From Alphaproteobacteria bacterium (GTDB lineage Bacteria; Pseudomonadota; Alphaproteobacteria; UBA9219), in contig JABDAH010000004.1 of NCBI GenBank assembly GCA_013289265.1, positions 9,153 to 73,152 of the forward strand: DNA of 64,000 nt, in the 5' to 3' direction. The translations under genes were made by a program, and so were the position numbers. The notes beneath the pieces were generated by a model. It was not told the origin of the DNA and did not search any database. It saw nothing but the letters and a program-made list of their open reading frames with translations. Every line of letters starts with the position of its first letter. The stretch's first letter is position 1. This document shows positions 48,005 to 56,506 of this stretch, one piece after another.

Positions 48005-49288
48005 ATGCTCTCTCCAGCTTCTCCTATCAGTGGCGCAACACATCGCCCGCATGCGAAGGCGAGTGTGCTCGTCGCCTATATCGTATGCCCTATCTTGCTG
48101 TTCATCAGTGCCTACGGCTTTTGGCAATCTTTTTCCCTGTTGATGAGGGGCGAAATCTCGCAACAGGAACAACTGTTTTATTTATTCTGCCTTGTGGTGA
48201 TGCCGCTGGCGCTTTTTTTGTTTCTCTTGATCACAGCGGCGCAGCGTCTGGAATATAATAACCTCTCGGCCAGCTATCAGTTGCGCATTGATCAGATGCA
48301 GCGCCGCCTCAATCACCAGGAAGATTTTTTACATTCGATCACGGATAATAATCCCGAAGCGATGACGATTTTCGACAGGGATAATCATTTTTGGTTCGTC
48401 AATCTCAGCGCTGCCAGCATGTTACGTACTCAGGCGCGCGATATTGTCGGCAAGCCCATCGACAGGGTGATGAATTACGAAGAAGCCAAGAAGATGGAGC
48501 TGCGGCTAAACGAAGTGCGCAGCACTAGGCGCCCTATTGAGATGCTGCATCAGACGGATGCAGTCGACGGCAAACTGCGTTTTATCCAAACCCATTATGA
48601 ACCGCTTGCGGCGTTTGGCGATTTTACCGGTGGTGTCATCGTTCGCTCCGAAGATGTCACCAATCTGATTGTCGAGCGTGAGCGCCGCGAAAATATGTTG
48701 CGACAGGTTATAGGAACGCTGGTTGCCGTCGTTGACCGTCGCGATCCTTATGCCTCCGGCCACTCGGCGCGGGTAGGACAGCTGTCGCGTGCGATAGCAG
48801 AGGAAATGGTTCTTGGTGAGAAAGAGATTGAGGCTTCGGAAATCGCCGGTTCGCTGATGAATTTCGGCAAAGTGTTGGTGCCACGCGAAATCTTGACCAA
48901 GACGACGGTTTTAACTACCGAAGAACTACAGCTCATCCGCGATAGCATCCTGACCTCCGCCGATATTTTATCGATTATCGATTTTGTCGGTCCTGTCGTT
49001 CCTACCCTAAAACAGGTGCTGGAACGTTTTGACGGCACCGGTGTGCCGCAAGGATTGCAGGGCGACCAGATTTTAGCGACGGCGCGGATCGTAACAGTCG
49101 CCAATACGTTTGTGGCCATGGTCAGCCCGCGCGCGCATCGTCCCAGTATGGCCTCAAATGATGCGGTGCAGAATATGCTGCGCGATGCGGACAAAGTTTA
49201 TGACCGCCGCGTGGTGATGGCTTTGTCAAATTATCTGGAAAATCGCACGAACAAGCTTGACTGGCTGAAGACGGGCAAGCAATCTTAA
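48005..49288 (+). CDS. Membrane-anchored PAS plus degenerate HD-GYP domain protein
   Basis: 427 aa with two N-terminal TM helices and a PAS-like segment (ITDNNPEAMTIFDRDNHFWFVN). The HD-GYP-like domain retains GHSARV and DGTGVPQGL, but LMNFGK replaces LHDIGK and VLE replaces HHE. Confidence 0.75.
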   Translation: MLSPASPISGATHRPHAKASVLVAYIVCPILLFISAYGFWQSFSLLMRGEISQQEQLFYLFCLVVMPLALFLFLLITAAQRLEYNNLSASYQLRIDQMQRRLNHQEDFLHSITDNNPEAMTIFDRDNHFWFVNLSAASMLRTQARDIVGKPIDRVMNYEEAKKMELRLNEVRSTRRPIEMLHQTDAVDGKLRFIQTHYEPLAAFGDFTGGVIVRSEDVTNLIVERERRENMLRQVIGTLVAVVDRRDPYASGHSARVGQLSRAIAEEMVLGEKEIEASEIAGSLMNFGKVLVPREILTKTTVLTTEELQLIRDSILTSADILSIIDFVGPVVPTLKQVLERFDGTGVPQGLQGDQILATARIVTVANTFVAMVSPRAHRPSMASNDAVQNMLRDADKVYDRRVVMALSNYLENRTNKLDWLKTGKQS

Positions 49289-49292
49289 GGGC

Positions 49293-50231
49293 ATGACTAA
49301 CGTTCTTAAACCTGCGGCCAAAACAGGCCGGGATTTCCTCGATCTGGACCGGGTTGACCCTTCAGACCTGAAAGCCATTATGAAGCTGGCGCATAAGCTA
49401 AAAGCTTCGCTGCTCGCCTTTAGTCCTATGGAAGGCAAAACCCTTGCCCTGATTTTTGAAAAGCCGTCGACCCGCACGCGCGTGTCATTCGAAGTGGGCT
49501 TCCGGCAGTTGGGTGGCCATGTCACGACGCTGAGTGGTGCAGAAATTCAGCTGGGTAGGGGTGAGACGATTGCAGATACGGGCAGGGTCCTGTCCCGCTT
49601 TACTGATATGATCATGCTGCGTACTTTCGCGCATCAAAAGCTGGACGAATTGGCTGCGGGTGCTTCGGTTCCTGTTATCAACGGGCTCACCGATTTTTCG
49701 CATCCGTGCCAGGTTATGGCCGACCTGATGACCGCTGAAGAACGGTTTGGAAGTTTGGCGGGTAAAACTGCCGTATGGATCGGCGACGGCGGCGATAATG
49801 TCCTGATCAGCTGGATTCATGCTGCCCCGATTTTTGATTTTACCTTGACTATTATCTGTCCGCCGGAATTTGCGCCGCCGACAGATGTGCTGATCGCTGC
49901 CCAGAAAAAAGGTGCTAGGGTCAGTGTCACGGCGGATGTGAATGCCGTCGCAGGCGCTGATATTGTTCTGACCGATTGCTGGGTATCGATGCATAACAGT
50001 GATGCCGCTGCGCGTCACGAACGGTTATCGCCCTATCAGGTCAATGTCGACCTCATGCGCCATGCCGCCGAGAATGCCATCTTTATGCATTGCCTGCCGG
50101 CGCATCGCGGTGAGGAAGTGACGGATGAAATTCTTGATGGTCCGCAATCCGTCGTACTTGATGAAGCCGAAAACCGCCTCCATGCGCAAAAAGCCATTAT
50201 GTGCTGGTGCATGGGTGTGGTAATTCCCTAA
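49293..50231 (+). CDS. argF: Ornithine carbamoyltransferase
   Basis: 312 aa with the motifs STRTR, HPCQ and HCLPAHRGEE. Confidence 0.93.
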   Translation: MTNVLKPAAKTGRDFLDLDRVDPSDLKAIMKLAHKLKASLLAFSPMEGKTLALIFEKPSTRTRVSFEVGFRQLGGHVTTLSGAEIQLGRGETIADTGRVLSRFTDMIMLRTFAHQKLDELAAGASVPVINGLTDFSHPCQVMADLMTAEERFGSLAGKTAVWIGDGGDNVLISWIHAAPIFDFTLTIICPPEFAPPTDVLIAAQKKGARVSVTADVNAVAGADIVLTDCWVSMHNSDAAARHERLSPYQVNVDLMRHAAENAIFMHCLPAHRGEEVTDEILDGPQSVVLDEAENRLHAQKAIMCWCMGVVIP

Positions 50232-50279
50232 GGTTGTGAAAATCTTGCGTTGACCGGAAAAATCGGTCAAATAGAGAGC

Positions 50280-51101
50280 ATGACTCTCTCATCAAACACA
50301 CCCTCGCCTGCGCATCTCGGGCCGCGCATTCTCGGTAACGTAAACTGGCTCGGCCTCTGGACCCTGACAGGCAAGGAAACCGGCCGTTTTATCAAGGTCT
50401 ATGCCCAGACTATCGTGGCGCCGGTTATCACAACTTTACTGTTTTATCTGGTCTTTTCGCTGGCGCTGGGTGGCTCTAGTCGCACTATCGGTGACCTGCC
50501 TTATATGACCTTTCTCGCGCCGGGCCTGATCATGATGTCGATGGCGCAGAACGCTTTCGCTAATACTTCCAGCTCTATGGTTATTTCCAAGGTGCAGGGT
50601 AACATCGTCGATGTGCTGATGCCTCCTTTGTCTCCTATGGAATTGACAGCAGGCTATACGCTGGGTGGTATCGCCCGCGGCCTTGCCGTTGGCATGGTCT
50701 CGGTACTGGTGCTGGCTTTGCTGATGGAAATTCCTGTCTATGACATCGGCTATATGGCCTATCACGCCATTATGGGGTCGATGATGCTGGCGCTGCTGGG
50801 GCTTATCGGGGGCATCTGGTCGAACAAGTTCGATCATCTGGCGGCGGTGCAGAATTTTATCATCATGCCTGCTACGTTCCTGTCCGGCACTTTCTATACC
50901 GTTGACCGCTTGCCGGAAGGTTGGCGCTTCCTCTGCCATCTCAATCCGTTTTTTTATATGATCGACGGTTTTCGTTATGGCTTTATTGGTGTGTCTGACG
51001 GTACGCTTGGCACCGGGCTTGTTGTCATGGCAGTTATCAATATGCTGCTCATCACCCTGGCGTATAAAATGATAGCCTCCGGCTACAAACTTAAATCCTG
51101 A
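50280..51101 (+). CDS. ABC-2 type transporter permease (YadH/NodJ-like), with no adjacent ATPase
   Basis: ATG is at 50280 (MTLSSNTP...), with an alternative TTG at 50250. It has 6 TM helices. WLGLWTLTGKETGRFIKVYAQTI is typical of this family. Confidence 0.8.
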   Translation: MTLSSNTPSPAHLGPRILGNVNWLGLWTLTGKETGRFIKVYAQTIVAPVITTLLFYLVFSLALGGSSRTIGDLPYMTFLAPGLIMMSMAQNAFANTSSSMVISKVQGNIVDVLMPPLSPMELTAGYTLGGIARGLAVGMVSVLVLALLMEIPVYDIGYMAYHAIMGSMMLALLGLIGGIWSNKFDHLAAVQNFIIMPATFLSGTFYTVDRLPEGWRFLCHLNPFFYMIDGFRYGFIGVSDGTLGTGLVVMAVINMLLITLAYKMIASGYKLKS

Positions 51102-51109
51102 GAGTCACA

Positions 51110-52309
51110 ATGGCCGAAGCAATTAAACCTGAAGACATGCCCGTTCTGATGCCGGTTTATAACCGCTCTGATATTTATTTCGAGCGCGGCGAAGGTGTTT
51201 ATATGTTCGACGATAAGGGCGAACGTTATCTCGATTTCATGGGCGGCATCGCTGTAACAGGATTGGGGCACGCGCATCCTTACATTGTGCAGGCTCTGAA
51301 GGATCAGGCTGAAAAGCTCTGGATTACATCGAATGTTTTCAAGACGCATGGCGGCGATAAACTGGCGCAGCGTCTGGTTGACCTGACCTTCGCCGATACG
51401 GTGTTCTTCCAGAATTCCGGCGTCGAAGCCTGGGAATGTGGTATTAAAGTTATCCGCAAATATTTCAGCACGATCGGCCAGCCCCAGCGCTACCGCGTCA
51501 TCAGTTTTCAGGGCTGTTTCCATGGCCGCACGTTGGCGGCTATTGCCGCGGCGAAGACCGAGAAAATGGTCGGTGGCTTTGGTCCCATGACTGAAGGTTT
51601 TGATCAGGTTGCGTGGGGTAATCTGAACGAAGTACGTAATGCCATTACTGCTGAAACCGCCGCGATCATGATCGAGCCTGTCGTGGGTGAGGGTGGTATG
51701 AAGGCCGCCGATCCGCAATTCCTGCGTGATTTGCGTACAACCTGTGATGAATTCGGTCTGCTGCTTTACTTTGATGAAATCCAATGCGGCATGGGCCGTA
51801 CCGGCAAACTGTTCGCGCATGAATGGGCGGGTGTGACGCCGGATGTTATGTGCATCGCCAAGGCCCTCGGTAACGGTTTCCCGATAGGTGCCTGCCTTGC
51901 TACCGCGAAAGCGGCACAGGGCATGGTTCCGGGCACGCATGGCTCGACTTATGGCGGCAATCCTCTGGCAACGGCAGTGGGTAATGCCGTGCTGGATGTC
52001 ATGACCAAGCCCGGCTTTATCGATCAGGCCAAGCGCATGGGCGATTATCTGGAGCGGAAGATGGTGGAAGTTGCCAAGCGTCATCCTAAAGTCTTTATCG
52101 GCAATCGGGGCAAAGGGCTGATGCAGGGGTTGATTTGTGTGCCGCTGAATCTGGATGTCGTCAAAGCCTTGCGTGAAGAAAAACTTCTGGGGCTGGGCGC
52201 GGGCGATAATGTTGTGCGCTTCCTGCCGCCGCTGATTGTGACCGAGGCGCAGATTGATGATGCTGTAGCCATTATCGACCGTGTCGCCACTAAATTGGCA
52301 GGGGCATGA
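51110..52309 (+). CDS. argD: Acetylornithine aminotransferase
   Basis: 399 aa. Class-III aminotransferase with FDEIQCGMGRTGK and the lysine region CIAKALGNG. Confidence 0.93.
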   Translation: MAEAIKPEDMPVLMPVYNRSDIYFERGEGVYMFDDKGERYLDFMGGIAVTGLGHAHPYIVQALKDQAEKLWITSNVFKTHGGDKLAQRLVDLTFADTVFFQNSGVEAWECGIKVIRKYFSTIGQPQRYRVISFQGCFHGRTLAAIAAAKTEKMVGGFGPMTEGFDQVAWGNLNEVRNAITAETAAIMIEPVVGEGGMKAADPQFLRDLRTTCDEFGLLLYFDEIQCGMGRTGKLFAHEWAGVTPDVMCIAKALGNGFPIGACLATAKAAQGMVPGTHGSTYGGNPLATAVGNAVLDVMTKPGFIDQAKRMGDYLERKMVEVAKRHPKVFIGNRGKGLMQGLICVPLNLDVVKALREEKLLGLGAGDNVVRFLPPLIVTEAQIDDAVAIIDRVATKLAGA

Positions 52310-52884
52310 AGATGAAGCTTTCGAGCTATACTCTGGGACTGGCTATGCTTGTTGCGCTCAGCGCCTGCAGCACCTCGAAAGCTGACAAGATCGATGCCGA
52401 TAAAAAAGAGGCAGAGACAAAGAAGGATCAGCCGCTGCCAATCTGCCCGCAAGTCGCCATTATTCGCGATCTGGATGACATGAAAGATTTCGGCACCGAA
52501 AAGCCTGACCCGGCTGAGCTTGTTTCACAAGCCAGGATGTTGAACGTCACAGGCGAGTGCGAATATAAAGACAACGGTATCGATGTGAGGTTCGATCTGA
52601 ATTTTGCTGCCGCCAAAGGCCCGCGCCTTGGCGGGCTCCGCGTCAGCTTTCCCTATTTTATCGCTGTGGTCGCGCCGGACAAAACTATCCTGAACAAGGA
52701 CAAGATGACGGTCGAATTTAGTTTTTCAAGCGACAAGAAAACGATTGAACATGCAGAATCCCTGCATGTGTTCATCCCCCTGCCGAAGGCGCAGCGCAGT
52801 TTCGGGCCTGATTATCAAGTTCTCTCAGGCTTCCAGCTGGACGAAGATCAGGTGAAGATGATCCGGGGTGGGGCGAAGCCTTAA
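52306..52884 (+). CDS. Hypothetical lipoprotein
   Basis: 192 aa with the lipobox LSAC. The ATG overlaps the argD stop (ATGA). Confidence 0.65.
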   Translation: MKMKLSSYTLGLAMLVALSACSTSKADKIDADKKEAETKKDQPLPICPQVAIIRDLDDMKDFGTEKPDPAELVSQARMLNVTGECEYKDNGIDVRFDLNFAAAKGPRLGGLRVSFPYFIAVVAPDKTILNKDKMTVEFSFSSDKKTIEHAESLHVFIPLPKAQRSFGPDYQVLSGFQLDEDQVKMIRGGAKP

Positions 52885-52886
52885 GT

Positions 52887-53393
52887 TTAAGCTCTCTTTA
52901 GTGCTGCTAATGGCGGGCATGAGTAGCAGCCAATGGCCTCGTCGCGATTAGCAACTTCTGGCGTTTCGGTCAGGGGAATAGTTACAGGAGATAGATCCTC
53001 AGCATTTTTTACGGTGGAGGTACGATAAACAGTTTCATGCCTGCTTTTAACAAAGTGTCGGATTTGTTCTGTTCGATAATCATCCAATATTAGTTCGCCA
53101 CTACTGCTTATTCTTACTATCAGGTTATCTTTAGGGGATAGTAGGCCCACTCTCGCGCAATCATTATATTTATGAAATATAGGGTTGCTTGTTACTTCAT
53201 CCCAACTATCAGCTTCTACAAAGATGTTGGCTTTAATATCGGTATTCGCAGGCGAGTTAAAATATCGCGTTTTCTGCGGCGCTTCTTGATCTAAAGAAGG
53301 TGAGAAAAAAACAACAATCGGTTTTGTAGATTTTGATGTTATGGGCAATGTCTTTGGCATAATGGATTCTCGTATAATCGTATTCTTGTTCAT
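52887..53393 (-). CDS. Hypothetical protein (ORFan-like, AT-rich)
   Basis: 168 aa with no recognisable motif and a weak RBS. It lies 74 nt downstream of fliP on the same strand, with about 40% GC by eye. Confidence 0.45.
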   Translation of the reverse strand: MNKNTIIRESIMPKTLPITSKSTKPIVVFFSPSLDQEAPQKTRYFNSPANTDIKANIFVEADSWDEVTSNPIFHKYNDCARVGLLSPKDNLIVRISSSGELILDDYRTEQIRHFVKSRHETVYRTSTVKNAEDLSPVTIPLTETPEVANRDEAIGCYSCPPLAALKRA

Positions 53394-53467
53394 ACGAACT
53401 GTTGTCTTTTAAAGATATGTTTTCAATGCTGATATTACTTGCAATAAAGGGCAATTGTTTCAACAGC

Positions 53468-54292
53468 TTATCCAGCCGTATAGCTCTGAATAAGGCTGCC
53501 GCAGATCAGATACCAGCCATCGACTAGAACGAAAAAGATGATCTTGAAGGGCAGGGAGATGATCGAAGGTGGCAGCATCATCATGCCCATTGACATCAGG
53601 ATCGACGCCACGACCATATCGATAATCAGGAAAGGTAGGAAGAGCAGGAAGCCGATTTCAAACGCGCGCCGCAATTCCGAGATCATAAAAGCGGGGATGA
53701 GGGCGCGGATGGAAACTTCGTCCTTCGCGCCGATGGCTTTGGATGTCGGCGCCAGTTTATTGGCAGGCGTGGCGGCAACGGTATCGGGCTTGCCATTTTT
53801 GCTCATCTCCACAAACAGGTCGATATCTTTTTGACGCGTATGTTTCAGCATGAAGTCATGGAATGGTTCGATCATACGGTCAAAGGCCGTTTCTTCATCA
53901 AGCTGGTTATTCATCATCGGGCGCACGCCGTTTTCCCACGCCTGATCAAAGGTTGGCTGCATGATGAACATCGTCAGGAATAAAGCTAGGCTGACCAGCA
54001 CTACGTTCGGCGGTGTTTGCTGCGTGCCAATGGCAGTGCGCAGGAATGACAGCACGACAATCACGCGGGTAAAGCAGGTCACCATGACCAGTATGCTCGG
54101 TGCCAGCGACAAAACCGTAATCAGCAAAATAGTCTGCACGATTTTGGCGGATGTCGTTGGTCCTTGGCCCATATCGAAATTGATGGATTGTGCGAAGGCC
54201 TGTGGCGCTACCAGCAATGCTGCAAAAGCGGCAAGGCCTGCCGGCAAAAAGGACAGTTGCAGTTTAGGGAATTTTTTAAGCCAGCGCGTCAT
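53468..54292 (-). CDS. fliP: Flagellar export apparatus protein FliP
   Basis: 274 aa with a signal peptide and conserved FliP TM segments (...ILLITVLSLAPSILVMVTCFTRVIVVLSFLR...). Confidence 0.95.
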   Translation of the reverse strand: MTRWLKKFPKLQLSFLPAGLAAFAALLVAPQAFAQSINFDMGQGPTTSAKIVQTILLITVLSLAPSILVMVTCFTRVIVVLSFLRTAIGTQQTPPNVVLVSLALFLTMFIMQPTFDQAWENGVRPMMNNQLDEETAFDRMIEPFHDFMLKHTRQKDIDLFVEMSKNGKPDTVAATPANKLAPTSKAIGAKDEVSIRALIPAFMISELRRAFEIGFLLFLPFLIIDMVVASILMSMGMMMLPPSIISLPFKIIFFVLVDGWYLICGSLIQSYTAG

Positions 54293-54615
54293 GTCGCACT
54301 CTTGGTTGAATAGGTGGCAGGAGACTGGGGCGGGGCCGTCAGGTTCGATTCCACGACTATATCCTGATTAATGCCCAACAACAGCAAATGTTCGACATTG
54401 TCGCGGCGGACGATAACCAAACGGCGACGTACATCCAGTGTCAGGTTTTCGACCACCTGCAAACGCTGGGTTTTAGAAGACATGCCCGGCAACTTCATGC
54501 CACGCAGGCTGATATATTTCAGCCCGTAAGCCAATAGGCCCATCAAGCCGGAGACAAAAGCGAAGGCAACGATAATGCGCAGCCATGAAATGGTGTCTGG
54601 TTCAGCCGGGTTCAT
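54289..54615 (-). CDS. fliO: Probable flagellar protein FliO
   Basis: 108 aa with a single N-terminal TM helix. It sits immediately upstream of fliP and overlaps it by 4 nt, which is the canonical fliO position. Confidence 0.6.
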   Translation of the reverse strand: MNPAEPDTISWLRIIVAFAFVSGLMGLLAYGLKYISLRGMKLPGMSSKTQRLQVVENLTLDVRRRLVIVRRDNVEHLLLLGINQDIVVESNLTAPPQSPATYSTKSAT

Positions 54616-54884
54616 GATGCATTTCCTGAAGCAGTACGGGTGGCATGGAAGGCGCGTATTTTCTCTTCACATTGATTGAGTTGCTCAACAAGGGCGATCA
54701 GCTGCGGTATGCATTTCTCATGCACATCTTTTGACCCTTTCTGAATACGTTCACATAGCTGCGCCACACGGCTCCCCAGTGCGGTGATGTCCGGCATGTA
54801 ACCGGAAGCCAGCACATCTTCTGCGGCTTTCAGGTAATTTTTTATTGTTGCCAACTCTTCTGTAACAATCGCGGCTTCGGTCAT
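54612..54884 (-). CDS. Hypothetical small helical protein in the flagellar operon
   Basis: 90 aa with 4-nt overlaps (ATGA) on both sides. I recognise no motif. Confidence 0.5.
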   Translation of the reverse strand: MTEAAIVTEELATIKNYLKAAEDVLASGYMPDITALGSRVAQLCERIQKGSKDVHEKCIPQLIALVEQLNQCEEKIRAFHATRTASGNAS

Positions 54885-55216
54885 GAGGAGCTTTCAGGCG
54901 GCGGCAGAGGTTTGCTTAGGCGGGCATTAGCTTCATAAACACGGGTCAGGATTTCGGCAACAGCGACGATAGCCTCGCTTGGAATAGGCGTATCGAGGTC
55001 GAGCGTCACCAGCAATTCCGCCAAGTCTGCATCTTCGCGTACTTTTACGCCTTTACTGAAGGCAAGTTCAAGAATCTGTTCCGCTAGCTTCCCGCGACCG
55101 GATGCGATAATCTTGGGTAGAGAATCGGGATTGCCCCTTTCACCTTGAAGCGCTACTGCGACAGGTGCCTTCGGGCGCGGTTTAAAGGGGGAGGGTGGAT
55201 CGTGATTATCAACCAT
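54881..55216 (-). CDS. FlhB C-terminal-domain-like protein (EscU/YscU/HrcU family, stand-alone)
   Basis: 111 aa. The pattern AVALQGERGNPDSLPKIIASGRGKLAEQILELAFSKGVKVREDADLAELL matches the FlhB C-terminal fold of YlqH-type proteins. Confidence 0.8.
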   Translation of the reverse strand: MVDNHDPPSPFKPRPKAPVAVALQGERGNPDSLPKIIASGRGKLAEQILELAFSKGVKVREDADLAELLVTLDLDTPIPSEAIVAVAEILTRVYEANARLSKPLPPPESSS

Positions 55217-55352
55217 TTCCGTAGCTTAGCTGAAACGCCTGTAAACGCCAACTACCCCGTTTTTACTGTTTTTTAACACTATCCCCGCAGAATGTTACGG
55301 TACAGCAACAGCTGTGCTTCTGTCACGGTCTGGTGACAAAAGGATAAGCATT

Positions 55353-55754
55353 ATGGATACCAACAGTTCCGGCCTTATGGGCCTTTTGATGCAGAAAATG
55401 TCCTACCTCAATCAGAGGCAGGCGGTTCTTGCTGAAAACGTCGCTAATGCCGATACGCCCGGTTACAAAGCCCGGGATCTGACGGCTTTTACTTTCGGCG
55501 ATGCGTTGAAGCAGGCAAATATTGGAATGGCGACGACGGATGCGCGCCACATTATTCCGGCTTCCATGGCTGGCGTGAATGCGAAAACGACCAAGGTCAA
55601 AGGTTATGAAACAACATTGTCAGGCAATTCGGTTGATGTCGAAGGCCAGATGATGGAAGTATCCAAAACGGCCGTTGAGTATAAAGAAATCGCCTCGCTG
55701 TATCACAAGATGGCTGGCTTGTTCAAAATCGCCCTGAAGGGCACCAGCAGCTAA
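55353..55754 (+). CDS. flgB: Flagellar basal-body rod protein FlgB
   Basis: ATG is at 55353, preceded by AGGATA. The motif LAENVANADTPGYKARD is present. Confidence 0.9.
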   Translation: MDTNSSGLMGLLMQKMSYLNQRQAVLAENVANADTPGYKARDLTAFTFGDALKQANIGMATTDARHIIPASMAGVNAKTTKVKGYETTLSGNSVDVEGQMMEVSKTAVEYKEIASLYHKMAGLFKIALKGTSS

Positions 55755-55767
55755 AGGTCAGGTTTAA

Positions 55768-56181
55768 ATGTCGAATGAACTGACAGATATTTTTGCGATT
55801 TCCGGCTCGGGTCTAAAAGCCCAGGACCAGCGTATGAAGGTCATTGCCGAAAATATCGCCAATGCCAACTCGTCACCTTCGGCGCCAGGACAAAAGCCTT
55901 ATCAGCGTCAGGTCATCACGTTCAAAAATGAATTCGATAAAGCGCTCGGCGCTTACAAGGTTACGGTCGGCGGCGTTAAGCCGGATAATAGCGATTTCAT
56001 CAAAAAATATGACCCATCACATCCGGCAGCTGATAAAGACGGTTATGTGCTGACGCCGAACGTCAATCCACTGGTTGAAATGATGGATATGACTGAAGCC
56101 AACCGCGCTTATCAGGCGAATTTAAATACCATCGACGCCGCGCGTGGGATGGTCCTTAGTACAATCAGCCTTCTGCAATGA
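55768..56181 (+). CDS. flgC: Flagellar basal-body rod protein FlgC
   Basis: 137 aa with IAENIANANS at the N-terminus and the C-terminal VNPLVEMMDMTEANRAYQANL. Confidence 0.93.
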   Translation: MSNELTDIFAISGSGLKAQDQRMKVIAENIANANSSPSAPGQKPYQRQVITFKNEFDKALGAYKVTVGGVKPDNSDFIKKYDPSHPAADKDGYVLTPNVNPLVEMMDMTEANRAYQANLNTIDAARGMVLSTISLLQ

Positions 56182-56189
56182 GGTAAGCC

Positions 56190-56498
56190 ATGGTTATGAA
56201 TGTCGCCGATGTCCTGTCTGCCTACCGCCAAGGCGGTGGTGGAAAAACCAATGCTTCCGTTGGAGAGATCGACGGTGGCGGCGAAAGTTTCGCCGATGCG
56301 CTGAAAGGCTTTGCGACGGATACAGTCAAATCACTGCAGGCTGGTGAGCAGGCGGCTGCAGCTGGTGCTACCGGCAAAGCCGACATCGCTAGTGTCGTAA
56401 CCGCCGTTAACAGCGCCGAGTTGATGCTGCAGACCGTCGTTACCATCCGCGACAAGGTCATCGCTGCTTATCAGGACATTACGAAGACAGCGATTTAG
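56190..56498 (+). CDS. fliE: Flagellar hook-basal body protein FliE
   Basis: 102 aa. The C-terminal LMLQTVVTIRDKVIAAYQDI is typical of FliE, and the position after flgBC fits. Confidence 0.85.
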   Translation: MVMNVADVLSAYRQGGGGKTNASVGEIDGGGESFADALKGFATDTVKSLQAGEQAAAAGATGKADIASVVTAVNSAELMLQTVVTIRDKVIAAYQDITKTAI

Positions 56499-56506
56499 TT
56501 GGGTGC

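Noticed and set aside
51083-52084. A 333-aa ORF lies antisense to argD. There are similar long antisense ORFs at 31068-31877 (antisense to GT4), 10866-11504 (xseA), 4536-5171 (yejF), 16787-17552 (pmbA), 43871-44419 (ftsY) and 49485-50018 (argF).
   Set aside because: Each lies entirely within a well-supported gene on the other strand. Their translations are Arg/His/Gln/Cys-rich with no motifs. This is the usual shadow-ORF effect of codon bias in moderately GC-rich genes.
55299-55312. A possible sigma-54 promoter (GG-N10-GC: cGGtacagcaacaGCt) and a CtrA-like TTAC-N6-TTAAC nearby, both upstream of flgB.
   Set aside because: Only the minimal GG/GC dinucleotides match. The flanking bases deviate from TGGCAC-N5-TTGCW. 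The CtrA-like site has the wrong spacing (N6, not N7) and an imperfect half-site. The evidence is too weak to call.
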